Source: an uncultured candidate division Zixibacteria bacterium (GTDB lineage Bacteria; Zixibacteria; MSB-5A5; GN15; FEB-12). From it: 64,000 bases of DNA. Below the pieces are notes generated by a model. That model did no database searches. It was not told the DNA's origin and saw only the letters and a program-made list of their open reading frames with translations. The first letter of the stretch is position 1. The number at the start of each line of letters is the position of its first letter. Position numbers and translations under genes: made by a program. Location of the stretch: positions 256,001 to 320,000 of the forward strand of contig CAWDXE010000004.1 of the NCBI GenBank assembly GCA_963806185.1, in the 5' to 3' direction. Of the stretch, positions 29,622 through 39,595 are shown piece after piece.

Positions 29622-32011
29622 CGTGCTTTGTCTCCGGCAAAGTTCGCGTCTTTGGGAAACATCGGAATAAACGTGCAGGTGTCGACCGAACTGAAGGCGT
29701 CCACCAGGTCGCCGCCGGTCGAGAACCATTTCTTGAAGAACGCCGCTTCGGAATCAACATCGTTACCTACCGGTGCTTTGTCAAACACCACGCCCGCTTC
29801 CTGCTGGTCGAGCGAGGATTCGTTGTCCGCCCCCGAGTTGATGATAAACATTCGGTTCCCGTCCCAGCCGACGACGACTTTCCAGTGGAGAGAGAAGAGG
29901 TTGAATTCCTCTTCCACCAATATCAGCACGGGCACTCCCGCCATCAGCCAGAGCTTCAGCAGTTTAAGCGCCCGCTTCCGGTCGCCGCGGTTGGCGAGAT
30001 CTTCGGCGTCATTGTCGCGCGCGCTCATGTTGAATTTCCCGGCGGCGTCGACAATCTGCGACGGCGTGCGCGCCCCGGACGGAATCAGCAGCTTACTCAC
30101 CTGGCCGTCATAAAACGTTCCGTTTTTGGCGTTCGGATTGTTCGTAAACGGCCGCCAGTAGTTCATCGCCGCCGCAAAACTGAACGCTCCACAGAAATTG
30201 GTCTGACCCTGATCGTGCCAGCAAATATCGCCCGGCAGCAGGAACCGGGCAGGCGGATCAGGGAGAGCGTCGATTGAGGCGGCCGGCTGATCATCGCGCG
30301 GCAACGCCAACAGTCTGTTAACCAGATTCCTGTCGAAGGTGTGATGGCTGTCGAAAACCTGATTCTGTCCGGTTGGTACTATTTCATTGAAAGATCCAAC
30401 GTGTGACGGTGCCGGCTGGCCGTCCCGCTTCACACCCATGATCAGCTTGCACTTGGCCGTCGGCAGTGCCGACACCGTGCCGATCCAGAGCGGGTCGGGC
30501 GCACCCGGAGCGAAATTAATCAACTCGAATGGGTCGAAATCCCTGATGAACTTCTCCTGCTTCTCCTTGAGCCGATTGTCACCAAAGATGAAGAACCGGT
30601 TAACACCCTTCTTATCCAGCCCGAAGAACCCAACCTGGTAATTCTCATTGAAATCGGCCATGAGGTAGATATCCGCCCGCTTGCCGTCGACCTCCTTGCC
30701 GTTGATTATTGCCCAGTCATTCTGACTCCACATGTCGAGCCGGATTTCAGCGTTCTGCCCGCACGGCACTCGAATTGGCCCCAGCAAAGGCAGCTTCGAC
30801 TTGTCTTTCGTGAACAGGCCGAACTTGCCCCCCTTCATGAAGCCGTTGCGATGACTGAAATAGAAGAAGGCTTCGCGGTCACAATCAATCGACGCCGGCT
30901 CGCCGGTGTCGAAATTCGTGAGCTTGCCGTCTTTGAACGTGAACACGCCGCTGTCCGGAGCGTCGACCGCTTCTCCTTTGAAATACGCGACGTACGCAAA
31001 GACCGAGTGCATTTTGACGAAATTGGTCGACCCCGGCTTATCGGGCGTGAAGAAAGTCGGCTGGGATTGCGCGTGGGGGTGGGGATGCACCGGCAGATGC
31101 TGTCGGGAGAATAGTCTCTTGTCGTTCACGTCGCAGAGTTTCGGGTCGCACGATTCCTGCTTGGCGTGACAGGCCAGCACCGGCTTTTCGCTGGGATCAA
31201 AGAAAAGTAGTTCTACGCGACGGTTGATCCGGCTGCGAAACTTGTCCCGATCCGGCGCCTCGATCGGGAAGAACTCCCCGCATCCGACCGCTTTGCGGCC
31301 GTCGTCCGCGAATTTCAGCGAATCGCGGAAGCCTTGGAGTTTGTCAACGTCGGTATCAAGCATCTTCGCCAGTTCACTCTGGTAGACGTCGAAAAACGCC
31401 CCCCACGTTTCCTTGCCGACCACGCCATCGGCCTTGATCTTGCGGCCGAATTGCGCTTCAAACCCCGTCTGGAAATTCTTGGTGGCTGTATGTGTCTTTT
31501 CGCCAATGATGCCGTCTATGCCGTCCGGATCGCAATTGAGCGCCGGAAACCGTTTCGCGATGAACGTCAATATTTGCTGGATATCTTCATTCTTGTGCTG
31601 CTTGTCTGAGATGGCTGCCCAGTCTTCGCGCTGCCCCAGAAGCATGGCGACGACTGACTTCGCCCGCTTTTCCGAAAGCTTCACGTTGTACTGATCTTGC
31701 CCCGTCGTGTCGGTGTGCCCGGCGATCAGCATCAACTGGTCGGGAAACTCCTTGGCGCGTATGTAAGTCGTGCGCAAGACATCCAGCCCGGAGATTCGCT
31801 CCTGGCTCTCGTCGGCCGATTCCTTCGGGTCAATATCGTATGCCTCCGGCAGCAGCACCGCGCTGTCGTGCCGGAACAATACGTCCTCAACCTCGATGAC
31901 GAAAACCGACGCCTTCTCGGAAAGCGATACGGAAAACAACTGACCGGTACTGAGCCGCACGCCCTGACGGGCGGCGGCGAGAGAGAAGAACAATTTGTTG
32001 TCCTGCGCCAC
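29618..32011 (-). CDS. OmpA-like plus peptidoglycan-binding plus papain-fold (C39-like) peptidase protein
   Basis: IAGHTDTTG..YN..LSEKRA and GCGE..NRRVEL (OmpA); DGIDGIIG..FQ..ADGVVGKETW (PG_binding_1); QTNFCG, LHW, INSG (Cys-His-Asn); no signal peptide. Confidence 0.8.
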   Translation of the reverse strand: MAQDNKLFFSLAAARQGVRLSTGQLFSVSLSEKASVFVIEVEDVLFRHDSAVLLPEAYDIDPKESADESQERISGLDVLRTTYIRAKEFPDQLMLIAGHTDTTGQDQYNVKLSEKRAKSVVAMLLGQREDWAAISDKQHKNEDIQQILTFIAKRFPALNCDPDGIDGIIGEKTHTATKNFQTGFEAQFGRKIKADGVVGKETWGAFFDVYQSELAKMLDTDVDKLQGFRDSLKFADDGRKAVGCGEFFPIEAPDRDKFRSRINRRVELLFFDPSEKPVLACHAKQESCDPKLCDVNDKRLFSRQHLPVHPHPHAQSQPTFFTPDKPGSTNFVKMHSVFAYVAYFKGEAVDAPDSGVFTFKDGKLTNFDTGEPASIDCDREAFFYFSHRNGFMKGGKFGLFTKDKSKLPLLGPIRVPCGQNAEIRLDMWSQNDWAIINGKEVDGKRADIYLMADFNENYQVGFFGLDKKGVNRFFIFGDNRLKEKQEKFIRDFDPFELINFAPGAPDPLWIGTVSALPTAKCKLIMGVKRDGQPAPSHVGSFNEIVPTGQNQVFDSHHTFDRNLVNRLLALPRDDQPAASIDALPDPPARFLLPGDICWHDQGQTNFCGAFSFAAAMNYWRPFTNNPNAKNGTFYDGQVSKLLIPSGARTPSQIVDAAGKFNMSARDNDAEDLANRGDRKRALKLLKLWLMAGVPVLILVEEEFNLFSLHWKVVVGWDGNRMFIINSGADNESSLDQQEAGVVFDKAPVGNDVDSEAAFFKKWFSTGGDLVDAFSSVDTCTFIPMFPKDANFAGDKAR

Positions 32012-32138
32012 GGACTGCTCCTGCTGTTGTCAGCGAATGTCGATTGGATATAACGGACCTATTTAGACGATAATGTAGAGAGCGGCGGCTGATGGAGCAA
32101 GTTAGAAAATGTCCGAAAGCTAGGCAGGCAAAAGTGAA

Positions 32139-32189
32139 GGCAGGTTGGCCGGCTCGCGAAGGGTGCCTTCGCCAGTCCGCCGACCTGCC
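32139..32189 (-). terminator. Long GC-rich hairpin downstream of the dockerin gene
   Basis: GGCAGGTTGGC...GCCGACCTGCC inverted repeat, followed by TTCACTTTT on the minus strand. Confidence 0.45.
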
Positions 32190-32223
32190 GTTTCAATTCG
32201 ACAATCTCAATTGCCCGGCATCC

Positions 32224-33387
32224 TCACTTGGGGCAGGGCGTGATCTGATCAAATGACATGAACAAGTGCAGTATCATCATGGTCAGGTCGCCGATATCGA
32301 CAATCCCGTCACAATTGATATCGCCGGCAGGGTACACGTTGGGTACTGCCACGGTGATGCCGACACCAATATACGGCACCGACGTCGGGGCCGTCGGATT
32401 CAGATTCTCAAAGAGTATTGTTCCTGCATACGTACCCGTACCCAGTTGCAGAGCGTTCGCCTTGACCCACACCGCTGCCGGTGTCTGGAAACCAACCGGA
32501 GCAACATCCTCGACCGTGATCCAGGTTTGCGTGGGGTTAAGGGTGAAGTCAATCGGTAGCCCGCTGGACGTGAAATTGACCAGGAAACTGTCATCGGCGG
32601 CGTACCCGGCTGTCGCGTGAAATTGTACCGAGTCCATCGAAACCTTCAGCGTCTCCGGGGGGAGGGTGTACTCGGCCAGTTGTATAACCGGAACCACCAA
32701 GTCACTGTTTCTCTCGATCGATGGCTTCCAAATGCTGGACCGTTCCACCAATTGCGGTACGATGCTGCCGACGCCGGGAGCGGTGCGACTGTAAAACAGA
32801 GTATAAAGAGTATGATTCCCGGCAATCGGCTCGAAAACCTCTGCGGCGATCATGTTCACCGTGTCCATATAGCGCAATGTGCCCGGACTGAAGGATCGAG
32901 TCAGCCACGAATCCGAACCGCGATTCACTGAATCCAACCGAAATAGACTGATCCCCGCTCCTTCTGTCAACATTGGCAGGTAAAAGCCCTGGGCATCCGC
33001 TCCCAAACTTCCGACTATTGTCAAACGAACCGTATCGACGCCGTCAGGTACTACCCCCATGTAGGGGAAGAAGACCGTATCCACCATTGAGGGCGCGAAA
33101 GTGTACGTTTGACCCTGCGAGCAGTCAAAGATCACTGGATCCGGTCGGAACATCCAGTTCATCAGCGGGACTAAGTCGGCAACGGTGATGCCCTGATGTC
33201 CGTCCATATCGGCCGTCGCCGGATTTGGAATTGAACCGAAGGGATCAGACAGGTATGACATCAAATACGATGCGTCGCTTAGGTCTTTCGACCCGTCTTC
33301 GTCGACATCGCCGCAGATCTGGGCCGTCGTTGAGCCGGCTCCGGCTAACACGACGGCGAGGAGCCCGATCCATAGAAGGCGCTTCAT
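32224..33387 (-). CDS. Secreted protein with N- and C-terminal dockerin-like EF-hand repeats and central cohesin/BACON-like beta domains
   Basis: Signal peptide; CGDVDEDGSKDLSD and ADMDGHQGITVAD; TWITV..TP...GTGTYAGTI (BACON-like); GDINCDGIVDIGDLT. Confidence 0.75.
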   Translation of the reverse strand: MKRLLWIGLLAVVLAGAGSTTAQICGDVDEDGSKDLSDASYLMSYLSDPFGSIPNPATADMDGHQGITVADLVPLMNWMFRPDPVIFDCSQGQTYTFAPSMVDTVFFPYMGVVPDGVDTVRLTIVGSLGADAQGFYLPMLTEGAGISLFRLDSVNRGSDSWLTRSFSPGTLRYMDTVNMIAAEVFEPIAGNHTLYTLFYSRTAPGVGSIVPQLVERSSIWKPSIERNSDLVVPVIQLAEYTLPPETLKVSMDSVQFHATAGYAADDSFLVNFTSSGLPIDFTLNPTQTWITVEDVAPVGFQTPAAVWVKANALQLGTGTYAGTILFENLNPTAPTSVPYIGVGITVAVPNVYPAGDINCDGIVDIGDLTMMILHLFMSFDQITPCPK

Positions 33388-33714
33388 AGTGTGCGTTCCT
33401 TTCCGGTCGGGTCGGAAGATAGTCGTGGAATGACAATTGAATTAATCAAGGACGATTCGTTCCGCGGATATCCTCGTCCGACCAGTGAGATTAATTTGTA
33501 ACGATGTTTCTACATACTATATGCTCGCTCACCTATAATCATGCAAGCAAAAAGTGGACTATGTTATTGACTTGGTCTGGGGGTGTTGTTTTCAGTCAAC
33601 ACTTCACCTGATTGGTCCGGATTCGGCACTATTGGCCCGGAAAATCACTCCACTTGACCTGTCCCAGCTAACCACCTACATTGCACGGCAACGATTTGAC
33701 TGCGGAGTGAGGAC

Positions 33715-34973
33715 ATGTCGTACCTTAAAGATGTCGATCCGGAAATATACGACGCTATGCTTAAAGAGACCAACCGCGCAGTCCACCAAACTCGAACTGA
33801 TCGCCTCGGAAAATTTCGTCTCCGAAGCGGTGCTCGAGGCCGCCGGCGGAGTGATGACCAACAAGTACGCCGAAGGGTACCCGGCTAAGCGGTACTACGG
33901 CGGCTGCGAATGGGTGGATGTCGCCGAGAATCTTGCCCGCGAGCGCGCCAAACAGCTCTTCGGCTGTGACCATGCCAATGTTCAGCCGCACTCCGGCTCC
34001 AACGCCAACATGGCCGTCTATTTCACCGTTCTCAAACCGGGGGATAAGGTGATGGGACTCGATCTCGTCGCACGGCGGCCATCTGACGCACGGCCATCCG
34101 ATCAATTTCTCCGGCTTCCTCTTTCAGTTCACCGGCTACCAGGTAAGACGCGAACGGAAATGATCGACTACGACCGGCTTGATCGAACAGGCTCGCGAGG
34201 TTCAGCCGAAGATGATCGTGTCTGGAGCCTCGGCTTATCCGCGCTTCTGGGACTTTGAACGAATTCGGGAGACGTGCGACGCGGTCGGCGCCTACATGAT
34301 GGTCGATATCGCTCACATCGCCGGTCTGGTGGCGGCCGGATTGCATCCGTCACCGATTCCGTACGCCGATTTTGTCACTACCACCACTCACAAGACCCTC
34401 CGCGGTCCGCGCGGTGGGATGATCATGTGCAAAGAAAAGTACGCCGCCGATCTCGACCGGATGGTCATGCCCGGCATCCAGGGCGGCCCGCTCATGCATA
34501 TTATCGCGGCCAAGGCGGTCGCATTCAAAGAGGCTCTCAAGCCGGAATTCAAAGTCTACCAGAAGCAGATTATCGATAACGCCAAGGCCCTGGCCGACGC
34601 GCTCAAAGCCAAGGGATACCACCTTGTCACCGGCGGCACCGATACCCATCTGATGCTCGTGTCGTTCGTGGACGTCCCGAAGATGACCGGCAAGAAAGTC
34701 GAACAGACGCTGGACAAAGCCGGCATCACGGTCAACAAGAACACCGTCCCGTTCGATCCGGAAAAGCCGTTCGTCACGTCCGGTATTCGCATCGGCACGC
34801 CGGCGGTCACCACGCGCGGCATGACAACGAACGAGATGCCGATCATCGCTGATTTCATCGATCGCGCCATCAAGCATCGTGATGACGACGCGGCGCTGGC
34901 GGCAATTGCCAACGAAGTTGCAACCCTTTGCGGACGCTTTCCGTTGTACGCGGATCACCTGCGGGGGGCCTGA
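33715..34973 (+). CDS. glyA: Serine hydroxymethyltransferase (several apparent indels, likely sequencing errors)
   Basis: [50 protein letters not shown], split across frames near 33778, 34067 and 34145-34180. Confidence 0.93.
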
Positions 34974-34974
34974 G

Positions 34975-35283
34975 GTGCTGGTCCAATTGACGATGTTCCC
35001 TACTGATCGCCGCTCCGCGTCGGTTTCATCGGACGTGGCCAGGGTGATCGATATGATCGACCGTTCCGGCCTGTCGTACGCCCTGACGGCCATGGCGACA
35101 ATCATTGAGGGGGATTGGGATGAAATCATGACCGTAGTGAATCGGGCCCGCAAAATGCTCCTGCGGACACACAGTCGCGTCTACATTTCGATGGTGATTG
35201 ATGACCGCAAGGGGGCGAAGCGGCGGTTGACCGGGAAGGTCGCGTCAGTTGAAGCGAAACTTGGCAGGAAGGTGAGGACATGA
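34975..35283 (+). CDS. MTH1187/YqgV-family thiamine-binding protein
   Basis: SVSSDVA..I..SGL.Y....M.T.IEGDWDE, RVY...IDDR; GTG start at 34975. Confidence 0.85.
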   Translation: MLVQLTMFPTDRRSASVSSDVARVIDMIDRSGLSYALTAMATIIEGDWDEIMTVVNRARKMLLRTHSRVYISMVIDDRKGAKRRLTGKVASVEAKLGRKVRT

Positions 35284-35603
35284 GCGAAGACACGCGCGTG
35301 GTATTTATCAGCATTCCTCGTGAAGAGGCCCGAAAAATGGCCCGCACCCTGGTGGAAAACCGGTTCGCCGCCTGCGTCAATATCATTCCGGCGATCGAGT
35401 CATTCTACTGGTGGGACGATGCTGTTCAACATGACGAAGAGGCACTGATGGTGGTCAAAACCACCCGACAGCGCTTTGATGCCCTTATGGAGTTTGTCGA
35501 GGAACATCACCCCTATGAGCTGCCGGAGATCATTGCTCTTCCCATAGTGGATGGCCTCCCGGATTACCTTGCCTGGGTGCGCGAAGAAACCGAGAAACTC
35601 TAG
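35280..35603 (+). CDS. cutA: Divalent-cation tolerance protein CutA
   Basis: LVENRFAACVNI, SFYWW, HPYELPEIIALP. Confidence 0.93.
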   Translation: MSEDTRVVFISIPREEARKMARTLVENRFAACVNIIPAIESFYWWDDAVQHDEEALMVVKTTRQRFDALMEFVEEHHPYELPEIIALPIVDGLPDYLAWVREETEKL

Positions 35604-35625
35604 CGGGTCCCCTCGATTGGTACCC

Positions 35626-36442
35626 ATGTCCGACCCAAAGCTGATCACTCGCCAACTCGCGCCGTTATTGCGCCTGATCCGCCTGACTCTCGACCCGAAC
35701 GATCCTCCTGCGATTCCGCTGTCGTCACTCTGGGTCATCAAGGAAACTCGAGATCGCATTGATAACGGCGAGCTGGTCGCCGCCGAACCGCTCATCAAGC
35801 TCGGGAATATCGAATTCGGTCTCGGGGAAGCTGACGCGGGCGATCGAATATTATAAGCAGGCCGCTTTGCGGGCCGAGGCCGATAGCAAGCGGGAGTTGG
35901 CCGGTATCGCTCTCGTGAATTCGGGCGCCGTTTACCTGGGCCAACGCCAGTTTCAGATGGCCCTCCGCATGTACCAGCGCGCGCTGGGGCATGCCTCCGC
36001 ATCCGCAGATCATCGGTCACACGTTTCTTCCCTGATCGGCATGGGCCTGGCCTTTAAGAATGTCGACAGCGAGACGATGGCCAGACAATCACTCGAACAG
36101 GCCATCCGAATCGCGAAGAAACATGAGCTAGCTGACCTCCAGGCCTGCGCTTTACAACAACTGGGATTCTTCGATTATGCCTCCGGCAATTTCAGTCTTG
36201 CCATCGCTCAGTTGCGCTCGGCCCTTGATCTCTACGCGCAGACCGGCAACGGTATTGATCAAGTAAGGGCCTATTTTAATATCGCACTGGTGTACGCCGA
36301 CTCCGGAGATGGCGAAGCCGCCATTCGGCACCTGGAACGGGCCAGGGAATTGCGCGACACCCATAATCTCCAATACGGCGACCGGAAGATCGAAGATGCC
36401 ATGGCTGAAATCCGGCGTCAATCGGGGAAGGCCGCATCATGA
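35626..36442 (+). CDS. TPR-repeat protein (apparent extra G in the GGGG run near 35824)
   Basis: ATG 35626 frame reads to LGNIEFGLG; the next frame continues KLTRAIEYYKQA with further TPRs. Confidence 0.7.
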
Positions 36443-36921
36443 AATGCCCCAAGTGCGGACATGAGGAAGACAAGGTGGTAGACAGCCGTCCGTCACAGGA
36501 TGGACGCGCGATCCGTCGCCGCCGTGAATGCCTCGCCTGTTCGGAGCGTTTTACCACCTACGAGTATGTCGAACAGGGGAGTATCACGGTGCTCAAATCC
36601 GACGGTCGGCGAGAACCGTTCGACCGCAACAAGGTGCTCACTGGAATCAAACTCGCCTGCAATAAGCGTCCGGTGAGCCCTGAGCACATCCAGACGATGG
36701 TGGATGAGGTCGAAGCCTATTGCCACTCCCTTTCGTTGAGCGAAGTTCAATCGGCCACGATCGGTGAGGCGGTCATGAAGAATCTGCGTGAGGTCGACGA
36801 AGTGGCATATGTCCGCTTTGCCTCCGTGTACCGTGACTTCAAGGACATGGATGAATTCCTGGATGAGTTGAAGAAACTCCGCCGTCAGCGCCCCGCTTCG
36901 CGCGATCGCGCCGAAGAATAA
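36439..36921 (+). CDS. nrdR: Transcriptional repressor NrdR
   Basis: MKCPKC, VVDSR, RRRRECLAC..RFTTYE, ATP cone, VAYVRFASVY. Confidence 0.97.
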   Translation: MKCPKCGHEEDKVVDSRPSQDGRAIRRRRECLACSERFTTYEYVEQGSITVLKSDGRREPFDRNKVLTGIKLACNKRPVSPEHIQTMVDEVEAYCHSLSLSEVQSATIGEAVMKNLREVDEVAYVRFASVYRDFKDMDEFLDELKKLRRQRPASRDRAEE

Positions 36922-36984
36922 CACTCTCCGCTGCCGTTCGACCCTCGGCTTTCCCTTCCCTCACTGCGTAGTGTAATTCAATGA

Positions 36985-37012
36985 TTGACATTATTGGTCC
37001 GCGCTTTATATT
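36985..37012 (+). promoter_or_regulatory. Putative sigma70 promoter
   Basis: TTGACA, 16 nt, TATATT upstream of GTG 37106. Confidence 0.5.
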
Positions 37013-37105
37013 ATTCGGCGTACCCTCACGTGTGGTCCGAATGTGGTCATGCCTCGCCGCAGGATGCGAATCGGTCAACTCTGTCATATCAAAGGGAGAT
37101 GCGCA

Positions 37106-38968
37106 GTGCTCAAACTCGTGTTCAGCCGAATAGCGACGGTCATCGGCCTCGTCATTTTGATCAGTTCGTCCTCCTGGGCTGTCCCACCATGGGGTGAGAC
37201 GTCCGGGCCGGCTGATGTCGGCTCAATTGACGCCCCACTGGTGCCGGCCGTGCAGAGTGCATTACCTTCAGACTTGTCCGCGGCGTCATCCAGTGTGTAT
37301 GGATTTTGTCTGGATACGATCTACAATTTCGGCACTTTTGGCGGCTGCAATTGCTGGGGGTGGCTGGCGCCCAACGGCGACGAGTATGCCATCATGGGCA
37401 TCGACACGGGCATAGCCTTCGTCAATACCCGGACCCGGGCCGTGTGCGATGTTGTCGGCGGCCCGATCAACGGCTGCGGCAACACTCGCTGGCGCGAAAT
37501 CAAGACATATCGCCACTACTGCTATGTCGCGTCAGAATGCTCGGGGACTCGTCAGGGAATCATGATCCTCGACCTGCAGTATCTGCCCGACAGCGTCAAG
37601 TTTGTCCGCTCCTACACTACACTGGACGACGTTACCTGCCACTGCCTCTCTATCGACACCGCCAAAGGATACCTCTACGCGGTCAAATCCAATTACGACG
37701 GCTTCCGGGTCATCAGCTTGGCGGACCCGGAACAACCGCTTGAATTGCCCTTTGTCAATACCGGCGACTTGCACGACATCACGGCGATTAACGACACGGT
37801 CTATGCCGCGGAGGGAACCCACCACTCTTTTTCGATATGGAACATGGCCAACAAAACCGCGCCCGGGCTCCTCGCGCGAGTCACCATCCCCAGTGGGGGA
37901 TACGTGCACAATAGTTGGCCGACTCCCGATCGCCATTATCTGGTGACAACCGAGGAGACCGCCAACAAGACGGTCAAGATCTGGAATATCTCCGACATGG
38001 GTAATATTCAGTTGACCTCCCAGGTACTCGGGACTAGTGGGCTGGCCCACAACGCGCACGTCCGAGGCAACACTCTGTTTCTCTCCCACTACGAGTCCGG
38101 AATTTATGCCTATGATCTCACCAACCCGAGTTCACCCCAACTGCTGGCCCGGTATGACACCTACGGCACCGAGAATGCAAACTTCAACGGCGCCTGGGGC
38201 GTCTACCCCTATGCGTCAAACGGCAAGGTCTGGGCGTCCAATCTGGATGGTCGATTCTTCATACTGAACGAGGTGACTGCTACTTCTGCCGGCAATGTCA
38301 TGAGCGCCGATACGATCACTGGCCTCGCCAACGCCAACGTCACCGTCTATGTAAATGTCACCAATACACAGCCGGTTCGCACCCTCATCATTCCCCTCGA
38401 GTTCTCCGGCCCGCTGAATTTGACTCTGCTCAATCTCTCGCGAACCGGTACGCGCACGCAGGCCTTTCAGAGCGAGGGATATCTGGCGTTCGATCCGGGC
38501 AACAAGAAGCTCGTTTTCACCACGACTTCGTCGGGCAATGGCACTGTACCGGACCTGCCGCCCGGTTCCGGGCCGGTTCTCAAATTGACGTTCAAAATCC
38601 CGGCGGGCGCCACGGGTGGACCCAATCCGATATCGGTGGGACCCGTCAGCGGATTCGATGCGACGCTGTCTACCAGTTGCGTGGAGTACACCATTGCCGA
38701 GGTCCCCGGCCAGGTGAGTCTCTTTGTTCCCTCCGGTTGCTGTCAGGGCACGGTCGGCAACGTCGACGGCTCTCCCGATCAGTCGGTCGACATCGGAGAT
38801 CTCACTTCGCTGATTAACCACCTTTTTATCACTTTCGATCCGCTTGTGTGTGACGATGAGGCGAACATTGAGGGTCCGGCGTCCGGGCCTGTCGATATTG
38901 GCGATTTAACTCAGATGATAAATCTGCTGTTTATTAACCCGGGCGGCACTTTCAGAAGCTGCCCGTGA
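37106..38968 (+). CDS. Choice-of-anchor B (LVIVD propeller) protein with cohesin-like and C-terminal dockerin-like domains
   Basis: CWGW...EYAIMG, WREIKTY, HNSW, SHYESG, GAWGVYPY; VTVYVNVTN..IPLEF..GSGPVLKLTF; CCQGTVGNVDG..VDIGDLT twice; RBS AAGGGAG. Confidence 0.8.
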   Translation: MLKLVFSRIATVIGLVILISSSSWAVPPWGETSGPADVGSIDAPLVPAVQSALPSDLSAASSSVYGFCLDTIYNFGTFGGCNCWGWLAPNGDEYAIMGIDTGIAFVNTRTRAVCDVVGGPINGCGNTRWREIKTYRHYCYVASECSGTRQGIMILDLQYLPDSVKFVRSYTTLDDVTCHCLSIDTAKGYLYAVKSNYDGFRVISLADPEQPLELPFVNTGDLHDITAINDTVYAAEGTHHSFSIWNMANKTAPGLLARVTIPSGGYVHNSWPTPDRHYLVTTEETANKTVKIWNISDMGNIQLTSQVLGTSGLAHNAHVRGNTLFLSHYESGIYAYDLTNPSSPQLLARYDTYGTENANFNGAWGVYPYASNGKVWASNLDGRFFILNEVTATSAGNVMSADTITGLANANVTVYVNVTNTQPVRTLIIPLEFSGPLNLTLLNLSRTGTRTQAFQSEGYLAFDPGNKKLVFTTTSSGNGTVPDLPPGSGPVLKLTFKIPAGATGGPNPISVGPVSGFDATLSTSCVEYTIAEVPGQVSLFVPSGCCQGTVGNVDGSPDQSVDIGDLTSLINHLFITFDPLVCDDEANIEGPASGPVDIGDLTQMINLLFINPGGTFRSCP

Positions 38969-39038
38969 TCTGATTCACAGTCGCGGCAGGGACTATTCAG
39001 GCATCTCCCGGTGCGGTCCCTGAGCATGGTCCGGGCGG

Positions 39039-39479
39039 TTATCCCGGATACTGACCTTTGATGTACTGCCAGAGGTACCGGTTTTCGACATGGATGGCGC
39101 TCATCTGCGACTTGACCACGTCACCGATCGACACCAGGCCGACCAGTACGTTATCCCGGACTATGGGAATGTGGCGAATCCGATTCTGGGTCATCACCGC
39201 AGCGATATACCCCACGTCGTCATCTTCAAGACCGACGATCACCTCTTCGGTCATGAGCTCCTCCACCAGTCGTGCTTGGAATCCTTGGGGATCGCGAAAG
39301 GCCTCCCGAAAGATGTCCTTGTCGGAGATGATGCCGATCAGCGCCTGGCGATCATTGACCACCGGCAAGCAACTTATCCGGGCGGCGATCAGAAGCGACA
39401 TGGCATCCCGGACCGGGAGACCCGGCTGGGCTGTGTGGATGGTCCGGTCCTTGGCTCTGAGAATTTCCGCTATCTGCAT
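39039..39479 (-). CDS. CBS-domain pair protein
   Basis: ISCLPVV..LIGIISDKD; IRHIPIV..LVGLVSIGDVVK. Confidence 0.9.
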   Translation of the reverse strand: MQIAEILRAKDRTIHTAQPGLPVRDAMSLLIAARISCLPVVNDRQALIGIISDKDIFREAFRDPQGFQARLVEELMTEEVIVGLEDDDVGYIAAVMTQNRIRHIPIVRDNVLVGLVSIGDVVKSQMSAIHVENRYLWQYIKGQYPG

Positions 39480-39595
39480 TGGAAACCTCTTAATTACAAG
39501 TTGCTCGAACAAGGTAATCTGAGTTGCCAGATCGACCCCGATCTGCCTATGTTACCGTAATGCGAAAGTCCATCATTAGCGGTATAAGTGGTACG

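Noticed and set aside
33388..33714. ZTP or glycine riboswitch upstream of glyA
   Set aside because: Conserved aptamer motifs not found by eye; an Rfam scan would settle it
27089..33714. Prophage or IS element
   Set aside because: No integrase, transposase, phage structural gene or att duplication recognised
35820..35830. Phase variation at the G run in the TPR gene
   Set aside because: Run is only 4 nt and lies near other probable sequencing indels
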